A stretch of 64,000 bases of DNA from the human T2T-CHM13v2.0 reference genome, Homo sapiens. A program made the translations under genes and the position numbers. The notes under the pieces are model-generated. The model did no database searches, was not told the DNA's origin, and was given only the letters and a program-made list of their open reading frames with translations. Numbering within the stretch: position 1 is the first letter of the stretch; every line of letters starts with the position of its first letter. Location of the stretch: assembly GCF_009914755.1 (NCBI RefSeq), contig NC_060942.1. One strand, 5' to 3'. Shown in pieces: positions 1 through 13,645 of the stretch.

Positions 1-160
1 AGAAAATTCAGGAGCATTATTCCCTCAAGCGTTGAAATATTAACAGAAAAAAAAAGAAAAAGCTGAGATTACAAGATCATATTACCAACTGCATTCTTTT
101 ATGGTGTCTTACTCAAGTATCTTGCCAAAAGGATAAGGACTAGATAGTCAAAATATTATA

Positions 161-1961
161 TTTTATTTTTATTTTTACTTTTTTGGTAAATTTTATTTAT
201 TTATTAATTTTTAAAAAACTTTTATTTTAGGTTTGGGTGTACAAGTGCAGTTTTGTTACATAGGTAAACTTATGTCACAGGGGTTTGTTTTACGCATTAT
301 TTCATCACCCAGCTATTAAGCCCAGTACCCAATAATCTTTTCTGGTCCTCTCCCTCCTCTCACCCTTCACTCTCAAGTAGTCCCCAGTGTCTGTAGTTTT
401 CTTTTGTGTGTTCATAAGTTCTCATCATTTAGCTCTCACTTGTAAATGAGAACATGTGGTATTTGGTTTTCTATTCCTACATTATTTTGCTAAGAATAAT
501 AGCCTTCAGCTCCATCCATGTTCCTACAGAATGTACGATCTTGTTCTTTTTAATGGCTGCATAGTGTTCCATGGTGTATAGTTACCACATTTTCTTTATC
601 CAATCTGTCATTGATCAGTGTTTAGATTGATTTCATGTCTTTGCTATTGTGAATAGTGACATGTGAATAGTGACATAAAGACTCATGCATGTGTCTTTAT
701 GATAGAATGATTTATATTCCTCTGGGTATATACCCACTAATGAGATCACTTGGTCTAATGGTAGTTTTGCTCTTAGCTCTTTGAGGAATTGCCACACTGC
801 CTTCCAAAATGGTTTAACTAATTTATACTCCCTCCAACAGTGGTATAAACGTTTCGTTTTCTCTGCAACTTTGCCAGCATCTGTTATTTTTTGACTTTTT
901 TATATGTGAGATGATATCTCATTGTGATTTTGATTTGCACTTCTTTAATGATCAGTGATATTGAGCTTCTTTTCATATGCCTGTTGATCACATGTATGTC
1001 TTCCTTTAAAAAGTATCTGTTCATGTCCTTTGCCCACTTTTTAATGGGGTTGTATGTTTTTCTCTGATAAATTTGTTTAAGTTCCTTATAGATACTGGAT
1101 ATTGGACCTTTGTCATATCCATAGTTTGCAAATATTTTCTCCCAATCTATAGATCGTCTGTTAGCTCTGACGATATTTTATTTTACTCTGAAGAAGCTCA
1201 TAAGTGTAAGTAGATCCCACTTGTCAATTTTTGCTTTTGTTGTGATTGCTGTTGGTGTCTTTGTCCTGAAATCTTTGTCCATTTCTATGTCCAGGATGGT
1301 ATTACCTAAGTTGTCTTTCCGGATTTTTATGGTTTTGGGTTTTACATGTAAGTCTTTAATCTATCTTGAGTTGATTTTTGTATATGGTGTAAGGAAAGGG
1401 TCCAGCTTCAATCTTCTGCATATGGCTAGCCAGTTATCCCAACATCATTTATTGAATAGGGAGTCTTTTCTCCATTGTTTTGTTTTGTTTTTATCTCTTT
1501 ATGGGAGATCAGAAATGGTCACAGTTGTGTCACCTTATTTCTGGGCTTTCTATTCTGTTCCATTGCTCTAGGTGTCTGCTTTTGTACCAGTACTATGCTA
1601 TTTTGGTTACTGTAGCCCTGTAGTATAGTTTGAAGTTGGGTAACATTATGCCTCTGGCTTTTTACTTTTTACTTTTTATGGTTGCCTTGGCTATTTGGGT
1701 TCTTTTTTTGGTTTCATATGAATTGTGAAATAGGTGTTTTTCCTAGTTCTGTGAAGAATGTCATCAGTAATCTGATAGAAATAGCATTGAATCTTTAAAT
1801 TGCTTTGGACAGTATAGCCATTTTAATGATATTTAGTCTTCCTATCCATGAGTATGGGATGTTTATCCATTTGTTTGAGTCTTCTCTGATTTCTTTGAGT
1901 AGTGATTTGTAATTCTCATTGCAGAGATATTTTGCCTCCCTGGTTAGCTGTATTCATAAGG
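161..1961 (-). mobile_element. 5'-truncated LINE-1 (old L1PA/L1PB type), 3' UTR plus end of ORF2
   Basis: T-rich tail at 161-230, then antisense L1 3' UTR and ORF2 sequence (e.g. GTCCAGCTTCAATCTTCTGCATATGGCTAGCCAG). Candidate TSD AAAATATTATA at 150-160 and 1963-1973. Confidence 0.92.
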
Positions 1962-2026
1962 AAAAATATTATACTTAAGTATGATCTGTCAACAATACAA
2001 AAAGAAAATTATATTAATATCAATGT

Positions 2027-2128
2027 TATATATATGTATATATGTGTATATATGTATATATGTGTATATATGTGTATATATGATATATGTATATATGTGT
2101 ATATATATATGTGTGTGTATATGTATAT
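2027..2128. repeat. (TATATG)n-like simple repeat
   Basis: Degenerate TA/TG alternation seen directly. Confidence 0.9.
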
Positions 2129-4104
2129 AACATTGCAGTATCAGCTGTATGGTTGAACTCATACTATGGCAAACACCTTTTACTTCACATAAATTTAAGA
2201 TCAATTATACATTTTCCCTGAAAGAATAGGCAGGTTTAGTCTTATTTCAAACTTTCAATTCTTCTCAAATCATTCAATACTCATACAAAACACTGCCACT
2301 ACAGACAAGAGAATGTCGTTCTTCTGAACTAGTCTACCTTCTTCTTCCTGTACATCCCGCTAACCCTTTAAGTTGCTCTGGCCATTTTTTTATTTCTCAT
2401 TCCCGGTTTGCAGATTATGGTCAGTGTCTTCTAATGTATTTAATTAACATTCATTTAAATATCTTGTATTTATCAATTTATTTTTTATATAAGTTTGCTT
2501 ACTTTGTTAAATGTTAGATCCCTGCTATGCTAATTATCTAAAAACGTAGATATCTTCACTATATTTTTTTTTCCATTAAAGAGAGAGTATGATCTCTTGG
2601 CTATTCTCTTTTAATGGTGAGTTCTGAAATATTTTTAAATAACCCAAGATCTTAGTCATTCTGCAGTGAAGAGAAGATTTATACTCTACTTCCATTGGCA
2701 TAAACAACCATTTCTTGATGATTTCTAAGTTGGGTTCCTCAAGGTGCAAAAAAAGATAGCCACATATATTCAATAATTTGTTCTAAAACATTTTGACTGA
2801 ATTTTCTTGTCTATGGCATTAATGCTGTGCATTCTCTATCTAATATGCAGTAGGCTGTAAAAAATACCAATGTTAGGTATTTCTCTCAACAACATTCACG
2901 TGCTATTTGTATATGGAGAAAGTTAAATCATTTTTTCTACTTGATTTTTAAAATTTGGGGACAAATGTTTGGTTTTCTGACTCAATATATTCTACTGCTA
3001 TCCTGTTATTGTCTATAAATTCTATCAGAAATTAGTTAAAATTGACCACAAGTGTTGGCTAAAACCATGCATTTAATTTTCCAAAAGTGTATAAGAAGAT
3101 AAATATGTTATTTTAATTATGGCATTTTGTCTATTTAATGAGTAAAAAGACAAATATTTTATCACAACAGTTGAGTTCAATTGTAGTGAGGTTAACATGC
3201 TTTATGTGAAAGTGTTTTGTAAAATCACTGATCTATGAATGTTTTCATTATTACCAGCAGCAATATCATCATCTAACAATCACTTCCTACTAATCTTTTA
3301 GGTAATACACACTATATACTAGATTTCAGGATATGTTTATTTTCTCTAGCCTTTAAGTTGTTAAAATAATGCTGATAGCTCACTAGTAGTATGTACTATC
3401 TCTACAAACTATTCTCCCGAATCTACTGATCTGAATACATTAAGAATACCAAAGTCACCATGTTGTACAATGGCTCTTTTAAAAATGATACCCTAGAATC
3501 TTCTCATATATTTTAGTTTGATCTTTCAATCTCTCAATGCAATCGTAATATTTTCATGAAACTATTTTTTTCTAAACAATTATATACCCAGCTTCTTATG
3601 ATGACTTAGTTGAAAGCAAAAACAGCTTTGAATCTGTCCTTGAATGAGTTTACAAATGCTAAGACTGATTTTAAGAAAAAATGATTTTGGACTGAAGATG
3701 CAAGCAATATTTTTATACAAATATTAGCCTTTCTTCTAATGACAAGGGGGGAGGTGTGTGTCTTTTTTTTTTTTTTTTTTTTTTTTTAATCGATGTCATC
3801 CTTACATGTTTCTGAGGTGGGAATTCTCTCTGAGAGGGTAAATAAACTCTGGAGACAACTAGGGAGCAACCTACATTTTCTGTTCCACTCCATGTCCACC
3901 ACCACACAAGCTAGAGAATTATTTTTAATATTTTTACAAAGGGGAAGCTGATTAGGTTTGCGGGGTTTGCATAGGGCATGGTGTTGCTCTCAAAAATGGA
4001 ATCCTTGACAAATGACAACCAGCCATGTGCCAGGGCTGCATGGGAGCCGTGCTAGTTCTCCTTTCCTGAAATGCCAGAACCTTCTACCTCCTAGCTTATG
4101 GGTA

Positions 4105-4495
4105 ATTTTACATATGCACTGTCTTTGGGGCCCAGTATAGATCTTGCTGTGGAGATATTTTTAAGATGTGATTAACAATAGTATGAGTAGACTTTGAATA
4201 AAGATTGCCTTCCATGCTATAGACTGGCTTCATCCAATCAATTACGGAGGAAACATACTGAGGACCCCCAGAGAAGAAGAAATTGTCCAGAAGGTAGCAT
4301 AAAACTTCTAAGTTTTCAGTCTCATGGGCTGTGGAATTTGGACGCAAGACTGCAACATCAACTCTCCCCTGAGTCTCCAGCCTGTGACCTTCTCTACAGA
4401 TTTTTCCCTAGCCAGCCTCCATGTGAGTCATTCCTTAACATAAATCTATCTCTTTCTTACTCCTTCTCTTTTTCTCTGTATCACCTATTCAGATT
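4105..4495 (+). mobile_element. MLT2-family (ERVL) LTR fragment
   Basis: Motifs AGACTGCAACATCAACTCTCCCCTGAGTCTCCAGCCTG and CCAGCCTCCATGTGAGTCATTCCTTAACATAAATC resemble MLT2. Boundaries approximate. Confidence 0.75.
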
Positions 4496-5024
4496 TATGT
4501 AGCATAACTTTTACTTCCAAACATATTGAGTATTCTTCCAAAAGAGCTGTGATCACCTTTAAAATTCTTTCCCATTAATGCAGGTTGATAGGTTGACCCT
4601 GGAAATTTTCGATTCTGTCAGAAATGGATATCCAACTACTAAAATATATCACAATCATCTAATTTATGCTAATGGAAGCAGTCTTATTTTTCATTCATGC
4701 CTTTTCCTTTGTTAATTAAATACCAAATGAAAGCTAGTCTAGCATCATGTAATGGCATTGCCTTTTACATGTTGTTAGGATTGCTTATCCAGTTTATTTT
4801 GCGAAAACTTCAAAAAGAAATCAGATGACAAATGTGCAGTTGTCATGTTATAAAATGAAAACATATGACCTTTTCTGTAAAATGCACTAGGATAATAAAG
4901 GGCATTCCCTACAAAGTGTTGATAACAATTTTCTTTATTAATTGGGAAATAATTACTTCCCTAGTCTATTACAACAACACTCTCTACATAATTCTTTCCA
5001 TTTAGACACCAGTATTTCTTTGTA

Positions 5025-5092
5025 TTAGGTTGGTACAAAAGTATTTTTGCCATTAAAAGCAATGGCAAAACTGCAATTTTGAACCAACCAAA
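5025..5092. mobile_element. MADE1 (Hsmar1-derived MITE), degenerate
   Basis: TA|TTAGGTTGGTACAAAAGTA...TTTTGCCATT AAAAGC AATGGCAAAA...TTTTGAACCAACCAAA: palindromic MADE1 architecture with small deletions. Confidence 0.88.
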
Positions 5093-7086
5093 TGATAACA
5101 AAATTTTAGTGAATATCATGACTGACAATACCCACATCACTTTTCATGAAGTTAACAAAATAGCTAATTTGGATTTCATGAAAACATTTTTTAGATACTC
5201 TATTCGGTTGGTTAGTATGTATAAAAAATATGACACAGACTGTTCTTGTCCCAACTTGTCTGCTTATGTTAGATAAGTCATCCATACTTCCTGAACCTCA
5301 GCTAGCTTCACTACAAAAGCAATAATTGTATATGTGCATTTTTATTGTGACAATTATGAGTAGTGATATTAAACAGTAAGAGTCCGCAATATTAAATAGC
5401 AATAAGAAGTTTGGCTCTCTAAGGATAAAATACAGTTTGGAATTGATCAAAAAGAATATTTTTCATTATAAGTTGAACTGTTTGAAACATTCTTAGAGTA
5501 CTAGTTTTCAAAAAAAGTTACCGCAACAAACACTAAAATTATAAAATGAAAAATCAATGTAAGATATTTTGGAAAATATAACCTCTATCAGAGGGTGAAC
5601 TTTTATTGTTATTTGCATTTTAAACCTATTTACTCAATTGAGAACAAATACAAATTTCAGAAGTAGAATACAAGATATTTACTTTCTTCGTTTGTTTGTT
5701 TCTTCCAACAACCTAAGGAGACATTAGTCTTTCAGCAACAATTACTAATGCCCTTTTATGGTTGGGTAATATGTCAGAGTTACTATAACTCTGTTTGCAG
5801 GCATTTCACAAAAATCCCATTGCTAGTTAACACTGGGTAGTTGGATTCGGTTGTGTAGAAAAACTCCAGAGCTGAAGGATAAATAGGAAGAGTACAGATG
5901 ATGCATCTTGGCCAAGCAGTGTATGGAGACGTGCCGTTTATTTGGCTCAGTTCACACAGTCCATCATTGTTATGATCACTACATTCAAACATATTTTTAA
6001 AGCATTTTATGCTCCAGTATTAAACAGCATTTACTACATACCATGCGCTGCTTTCATCTATGACGGATGACAATAGTTAGGGGAAAAAGCCTTTTCTCAG
6101 AGTATAAAAAATTGCTTTACATGAAACTGATGTAGGAGTAAAGCAATTGGAGACAGAGTCAATAGGCCAAGGAGGCATGATAAATGGCACCTGTTGACCT
6201 AGCATATCCCATTCACTTTTAGTGAATTCCTGATTCCTTATGAATACTTTGGACTTTTTAAACAATACTATTTTAAAAAAGGAAATAGATCAATGTCATA
6301 TCTGAATCTCACTGTGTTCTTGGTGTAAGTAGAACTCAGCTTACTTACAGAGGAGGTTAGCTTAGCAATTAGTCTTATGAACATCTAATAAAATATGGAC
6401 AGCTTTTTTTGTTTGTTTGTTTGTTTGTTTCTTGGCTGTTATTTGTTGTTACCATTGTTTATTTTACCTTCTTCAGAGAAACAGAGAAACATAGTGCCTA
6501 GCTATGTTTGAAGTCTTAGTAAATTCTATAGTACACTATCTATATAGGAAACCAAATAAAAATCTCTCCTCTGGCCATGTCCTCACAGTATTGATATAAT
6601 TGATGTCATCAAAAACACAACAATTATTTCAAAGGCTGTGGCTTTCATACTAATATTTTCTTCACTATTGAATTATATATAGGAATACAAGACTAAAGAT
6701 TGGATTTGAACTCGTAAACAGTTTCTAAACATATGCCTTGAATATAATCAGAAATGCTTTCGCTAAGTGAGGTAAAATAAGTCTCTGATGATTTTCTGCA
6801 TGACATGTGCATATAAAAGTCAACAAAACACAATGCAGCCTCGAAGCTTTGAAAACATGCCTCTGAAAAAAAAATGGTTGCATGTATGCCCCTTTCTAGC
6901 TGCACACTGCAGGTAGCTTCTCTGTTGATCTGAGCATCTTCATATTGTGCTGGGACTTCATGGGTTCTCCCTCCGCAAAGCAAGTCTATCACTCAGGGGG
7001 ATTCTGCTTGAGTTATACTTCCCCTAGATTCCAAATTCTTCCGCTTTCACTACTATTGGGCACTTTTGAATCTAGAGTCATTTCTC

Positions 7087-7168
7087 TGTGTGTGTGTGTG
7101 TGTGTGTGTGTGTCTCTGTGTGTATCTATATATGTATATATTATATATAAAGTGAAATATATGTATAT
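7087..7168. repeat. (TG)n microsatellite running into a TA-rich tract
   Basis: Seen directly. Confidence 0.9.
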
Positions 7169-7264
7169 TTAAATAGTTAAGCCCGTAAAGTGTTATTTAA
7201 TGCATCAAGTAGTTTATGGAGATATTTATTTCTTTTACATAACTTTATAGATATTCTTTGTCTT

Positions 7265-7400
7265 CCTCCAATGGAATAAAATCCTTAAGGGAAAATCTAG
7301 ACTATTATTGTTTTCCACAGTGGTATCACCCGCACCTGCATCACTGTGTGGCACATAGTGAAGCCTATATAAATCTTGGTTGAATTAATGACTAAATAAG
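7265..7400 (+). mobile_element. L2 3' end fragment
   Basis: TGTGGCACATAGTGAAGCCTATATAAATCTTGGTTGAATTAATGA resembles the L2 terminus. Confidence 0.7.
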
Positions 7401-7737
7401 TAATATCCATACTAATTTATGTTTAATACTTTGTATTTAAATGTTCTACTTTAGTTAATTCCTCAAAATCTGACATCAGCTATATATCAAGCAATTATTG
7501 GTGACTCACAGTAAGGATGTTTTAAACTGGGTTAAATCTGTGCCAGCATAATGTTACCATAGCATTACCTCTTTCAAGGATACATGCTCTTTAACATTTT
7601 TCTACCAACTAAGGAATTTAAAAACTTGCCAACCACATGCAAGAGATGAATGTTCATTAGCTGCCTTTTGTATAGTGACTGCATATACCCATGTGTTTTT
7701 ATGCTTACAGAATGAGGTAGAAAATAGATTATTGGGG

Positions 7738-7955
7738 TTAGTAATAAATAGGATCCTACTGAGAAAATTTTAATTTTCTTCTTTATTTATTTCTAATCCC
7801 AATAATCCATTAAATAAATAAACAAATTTAAAAATAATTAATTAATATTTATTTATTATTAATAATAAAATTAATGATTAATTCTCCATTAAATAAATCT
7901 AATAAATAAGGAAGAAAATTATAATTTTCTCAATAGGATCTTTATTTATTACTAA
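7738..7955. repeat. AT-rich inverted repeat, ~54-bp arms
   Basis: 7738-7791 is the reverse complement of 7901-7955, with about 4 mismatches and 1 indel. Confidence 0.88.
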
Positions 7956-7994
7956 TTCCTAACATTTATTTTTACATCATTCTGTATGCATATC

Positions 7995-8113
7995 ATTAAT
8001 TATTAGAGGAATGCAAATCAAAACCACAATGAGATACAATCTCATGCCAGTCAGAATGGCTGTTATGCAAAACATAACAGATGCTGCTGCTAAGGTTGTG
8101 GAGGAAAGGGGAC
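7995..8113 (+). mobile_element. Short L1 ORF2 3'-region fragment
   Basis: GAATGCAAATCAAAACCACAATGAGATACAATCTCATGCCAGTCAGAATGGCT is typical L1 ORF2 sequence. It is interrupted by an Alu. Confidence 0.85.
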
Positions 8114-8117
8114 TTTT

Positions 8118-8402
8118 TTTTTTGCAGATGTAGTTTTCCTCTTGTCACCCAGTCTGGAGTGCAGTGGCGTGATCTTGGCTCACGGCAACCTCCACCTCCT
8201 GGGTTCAAGGGATTCTCCTGCCTCAGCATCCTGAGTAGCTGGGATTACAGGCGCCCGCCATCACATCCAGCTAATTTGTTTGTATTTTTAGTAGAGATGG
8301 GGTTTCACCCTCTCGGCCAGGCTCGTCTCGAACTCTTGACCTCAGGTGATACACCGTCTTCAGCCTCCCCAATTGCTGGGATTAGAGCCAAAATGCCAGG
8401 CC
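8118..8402 (-). mobile_element. AluS element
   Basis: Antisense Alu dimer. TSD AAAGGGGACTTTT at 8105-8117 and 8405-8417. Confidence 0.95.
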
Positions 8403-8427
8403 AAAAAGGGGACTTTTATAACACTCA

Positions 8428-8461
8428 CAGTTCAAACACATGTTGTTCAAGGGTCATTGTA
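8428..8461 (+). mobile_element. Tigger2-like terminal fragment
   Basis: CAGTTCAAACACATGTTGTTCAAGGGTCATTGTA resembles the Tigger2/MER8 terminus followed by TA. Confidence 0.55.
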
Positions 8462-11400
8462 TAAGAATATTTGCAAGTGTGTCCTTTGATCAAATTTACA
8501 TATGATGAATTATTTTTAAAATATGCTATTATAGAGCAAAATATGATAATTTGGAAATCTATCTTTATCAAAATGGAGATGAATAATTGTACAAATTATT
8601 TACATGGAATATACTCAAATATTGAATGTTATATCTCTTTATGCTCACATACCTATGTAACTTATAATGCATCTATATTTTAAATGTTATTTTACAGTTT
8701 TAAAAAAGTGTATTTTTCTGAGCATTTCTTGATCTTGTCTTTACTGCTTCACTAAATTGTTGCATGATTTATCTAAAAATTTTGAAGATCTTTCAAAATG
8801 TCTTGTATGCCTCAAATATTTACCATCAAAATTAACATTCCATGTCTTTTTATAAACCACATTTTAAAACTGCTTAGATAATAGCTTTCATTTTCTAGAA
8901 AAAAAATCATATTTAACTCCCACACTGGGAAAAATTCTGCGTGTAATTATTGCTCATATTGTCTTTCTTACAATTTGTTATTCATTATGTTAGTTCAATT
9001 TGACAACATATCTCTAAAAGATGATTTTATCTGTACTTTTATTTGAAATCAGGATGCTTAAGAATTTTAGTTTCTTTATCCAGATATCACCATCCAATTC
9101 AAGCCACTCCCACTTAATAAAATGTACAGACTAATTTATTTTCTTTGTAAGCCACCATGACTGAATTTAGTAATTAAAAAAAATCACTTCTTAGTTCTAA
9201 ACCTTGAACAGGAAGTTGCACTAATATTAATCTTTTGAGTAAATTTGTTATAAAACTCAAATCCTTTTGACATACAAATTTTTTTCTCATTTATATTTTG
9301 AGGATACATCAAAATCAATACAACATTTGTATATTTAAGCAAACAACAAACCACTGAAAATATCAAATGAGTCACCAATACGGATCATGAATATTTATTT
9401 GATTATTGATGAATGCATATTTCAAGACTGGAATTCAGGAAAGAAATCAGTTGCTTTCAAATGACTAGTACTCTTCCATCTTCCAACAAAAAGTGAAAAA
9501 CTTTCAGGAGTAATCGCTTTCTAGACAATATGATTCTTTCCATTTCCTGGCATGTAATCTGTCTTATTCCATTGGATTACATTAATAGGTTTGCATTTTC
9601 CATTAAATAGATGGCTCCAAAAAACAGTAAAGTTAGTTTTGGGAAAAAAACTAACAGTTAAGAAACTAAAAACAGTTTAAAAAAAAAAACTGTAACAGTA
9701 TAATTAGGGAAACAAATAAAATCATATTTATTTTTTTCTGAAAGATAACAGGCAAGTACTTAGTCAAATGTCTATCCTAAAATACTTTGGGATACTTAAC
9801 GTATTGCTCAAGCACTTAGAGATAAAAATGTGTTATTTTTGCCATTTTTATTATCCGTAAAATCATTAGGTTTTCAGATAACAACATTAATTTTTTTTCC
9901 TTTTCTCAACTTTTGTTCCAGGGTCTTATTTTATGCCATGTTTATTGTTGAAAACACATTTGCTTTAACACCTTCTGACAGCCTGAGTTGCTGGACTTCT
10001 GGCAAAGTGACCTCTGCAGCTGGAATGGGAATTGAGTGGCAAGCTGGCCTGTGCATCTAACCTAGCACCAGTGACCCCTCTGGGCTGGCCCAGTACAACT
10101 GGCTTTGGTCCTGCATGCTGAAAAAATGTTTACCAGACAAGTAACAAGCCTCAGATGTGGGACTGACACTCTATTCATTTTGACATGTAAAAGAATGGTC
10201 ACTGCTTATTTGTAACCATGAGCCTTAAAAGAACAGTTTACAGCCTTGGTATCCAGAAAAGCCTCAAATACCTATGAGCGTTATTCTGAGCATGCATTCT
10301 GAGACTGAATTGTAATGATTTCTTCTTCTTTTTTTTTTCTACTTTTAAACATACTTTTAGCAAGTTGTTCTTTCCAAATAAAATATTAAGAACCCTAAAT
10401 TCCTAAATTAAAAAAATCTTTTATTGCCACCTTGAAAATATCACTGACTATGTCTTCAGGGATGACATTGCCTGCATTAGCTTACTGATTATATTAAATC
10501 TGATTTGTTTGTGAAATACACAAAAGACCTTCAACATTTGGCAGCTTTAGGAAGGATTAGCATTTTAGAATGGCTGAGAAAACAAAAATTTTTAAAAATG
10601 AAGTAATTAGAAAACTAATGACAAAATATAGTTGGCAGAAGGCTACTGGCTGTATATTAATATAAATATCTATTAAAGCAACGTTCTTGGTTGCAACTCT
10701 CCTGAGATGTCATAATACAAATAACAAAAATTGGCCCACTGTTCTTGAGTACATTCAATGCCATCAACAAAATAATGTTTGAAATGCTGTTATCCTTGGA
10801 TAAACTCAGATTTACATGTGTATGTATGGATATGTTTACACTGAAAAAAACTTTGTATTTTAATTTTTACTGAGCCAGTTTTACAAATTTAATGCATAAT
10901 AGAGTGGAATTTTTACTGAGTAGCATCAAAATTACCTTACCATACTGGCAATGAAATAAAGCTTAATAATTCTAGTGTATTGCAGAACTCATAAAAACTG
11001 ATTTTAATTTTCAAGAGCACTTGTAATTAGATGAAAAAACCATTTCACAACAATCATTCTAAATTTCATAAATATGAACAAGTTCAGCAGTTCAACTAAT
11101 TCTAAAAATCTTGGAAATTGTTTAAGTATAGATACATTTGATTACAAGGAATCCTCTGTCCTTGTCCTCTGTCCTGACATATTAATTCAATTGATTTCTA
11201 AATCATCCCAATCTCAAAAACTTGCTAAATCCATCTTGCTGTATGCTGATATATAAAAGGAACTGCATTTGGGGAGTCTATCTGCGTGCAACTTCAGTTG
11301 CTTCTAACTTTGTGGATTTTGAGGGAGGCCTTTTAATGCCAGTGGATCCTGTGGCCATGAGTCTTCCTGAGTCACCTTAGCTACATTAGGTCTTCACAAG

Positions 11401-11716
11401 AATTGGGAATTCACAGCAATTGTGTGAGTTAGTGGCATAGGAAATGCACCTATGGAAGCCTGTGGAGGTGCGGTGGGCAGGTGACATACAATGATTCCTT
11501 ACTCTGAGTTTCTGGTAGACCCATATAGTCATAATTCTTATTGGCTTTTTGGTTACATTTTTCCTTTGAGCTAATTTCTTCCTTTGCTTTCGATTACAGC
11601 TACTCCCTCAATGTAGAGTTCTTAAATCACTTAATGTAACAGATTCCCTCTGGTGTTATATGTCAAGCCATTTGGAATTTGCAGTTAAAATAGCAACCGA
11701 AAAATAAACCACTTAA

Positions 11717-12077
<361 letters not shown>

Positions 12078-12400
12078 ACTTCCAATCATTATTTTTATCC
12101 AGATGCATTTTAAGGGATACAGAGTAGTGTGTTGCCTCTCACTTTTCATTGTGAATTAGGATTTAAATTCACAAGTTCCCCACCTTTTTTCATATATACC
12201 TGGGTGCCAAAGAGAATTTGGAATTTAAGAGGTAATTACATTCAGTAATATGCATATACATTTATGTTTCTTTCTCTAAACCTCTATTTTCAAATATTTA
12301 TAATAGTGGGACATTGGGTTATTTATCACTTTAAGTTAAAATTGTTTTCTTCACTTCCACTTCAAGTGGAACTGTTTTCTCATGAATAATAAATTTAAAA

Positions 12401-12404
<4 letters not shown>

Positions 12405-12449
<45 letters not shown>
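12405..12449. repeat. Perfect (TA)n microsatellite, ~22 units
   Basis: Seen directly. Confidence 0.97.
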
Positions 12450-12452
<3 letters not shown>

Positions 12453-13546
12453 CATAAAGTTTTGAGATTGGGATGATTTAGAAATCAATGGACTTAATAT
12501 GTCACAACATCTTTATAACCTGACACATAATTAAGTTCATGAATAATATCTGCATCCTTCTATTTATAAGACATAGTACTCTTAAAAGAAATTTAAATGT
12601 GTACATATACTCTTATTTTCTATACAGGCAAAATAATTTTACCTTTATATTGTAAAAATGGATTAATATATAAGTGAACTTTAAAAATTCTGATATTAAA
12701 AATGATCACTGTTATATTGATCTGAAATTATTCTGAGAGTGAACATCTGAGGTTGGGGTAGATGGAAAGAGATGGGGCATTAGAGTTTGGGGTTTCAGGA
12801 ATTTTCATTTAGCAACCACAAAAACCTTTTAATGATTGATTTTGAAAGCTAAAACTGTAAATCAACAGTAACTGAGCAGCTGCAAACAGACAGATGGGGC
12901 TGGAGAAAAAGAGCAAAGCTGCCAAACTTTTGAGAAGAAAACAATGACAGAACCTATCCTGTGTTTTTGGCACAGAGGTGGGGAACAAGTTGTGTGATAT
13001 TTGTTATATGTGGCTCATAGAGACAAAAGGGACTTTGACAACATAGAAGTTGAATCGAGATTTTTTTGTTTCCTCTTGTGTCATAATCAATGTAGGAATA
13101 ATAAAATCATCTTAGGAAATATAAGATAAATAAGATTTTGAAATTTTTAAAATGTTTTTAAGACTACATGTGGAAACTTAAATGGGTTATGGTTTGTTTA
13201 AAAGGAAATGATTCTGAAAGTGATCTGTAGGTGAAAAATTTCAGTTTCTTGGACAATTCTGTGTTATCCATTTTATCTTTCCTACTATTAAATCTGGTAT
13301 ATCCATGATCCTAAGTAGGTTAACAGGGAATGAATGTGATAGGGGAGCAGTATGTACAGACAAAGACAAAATGTCAAATTTCTTTTGTTAGTAGTCTTGT
13401 ACAAGAGCTGTACAAATTAATCTGATCAGACAGTGATCAGACAAGACGTTTTCATGGTAATACATGGTGATAAGTGTGCTTTGGAAACACATACATATAT
13501 GATGATTGCTTTGGAATTCTGAAAAGTAAAAACACACTGAAAAAGC

Positions 13547-13645
13547 TGTGTGTGTATAAATACATATATACGCATGTGTGTATATATATATACACACACG
13601 TATATACACATATATATACACACACACGTGTATACAAATATACAT
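13547..13645. repeat. Mixed TA/CA/TG simple repeat
   Basis: Seen directly. It explains the overlapping Y/I/C/V/H/T-rich ORFs. Confidence 0.85.

Noticed and set aside
649-676. Short tandem duplications (GTGAATAGTGACAT x2; others near 13422, 15473 and 11152)
   Set aside because: Ordinary slippage events; no regular repeat-spacer pattern, so not CRISPR-like.
1221-1571. 116-aa ORF, and similar + strand ORFs at 53057-53386, 55270-55542 and 56868-57176
   Set aside because: Antisense reading frames of L1 sequence, a well-known artefact; not genes.
1902-2204. Y/I/C/V/M/H-rich ORFs (also 13388-13775, 43078-43368, 47746-48072)
   Set aside because: Translations of TA/TG/CA microsatellites.
8081-8464. 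127-aa ORF and other Alu ORFs (11729-12149, 39892-40540, 41850-42124)
   Set aside because: Alu-derived frames.
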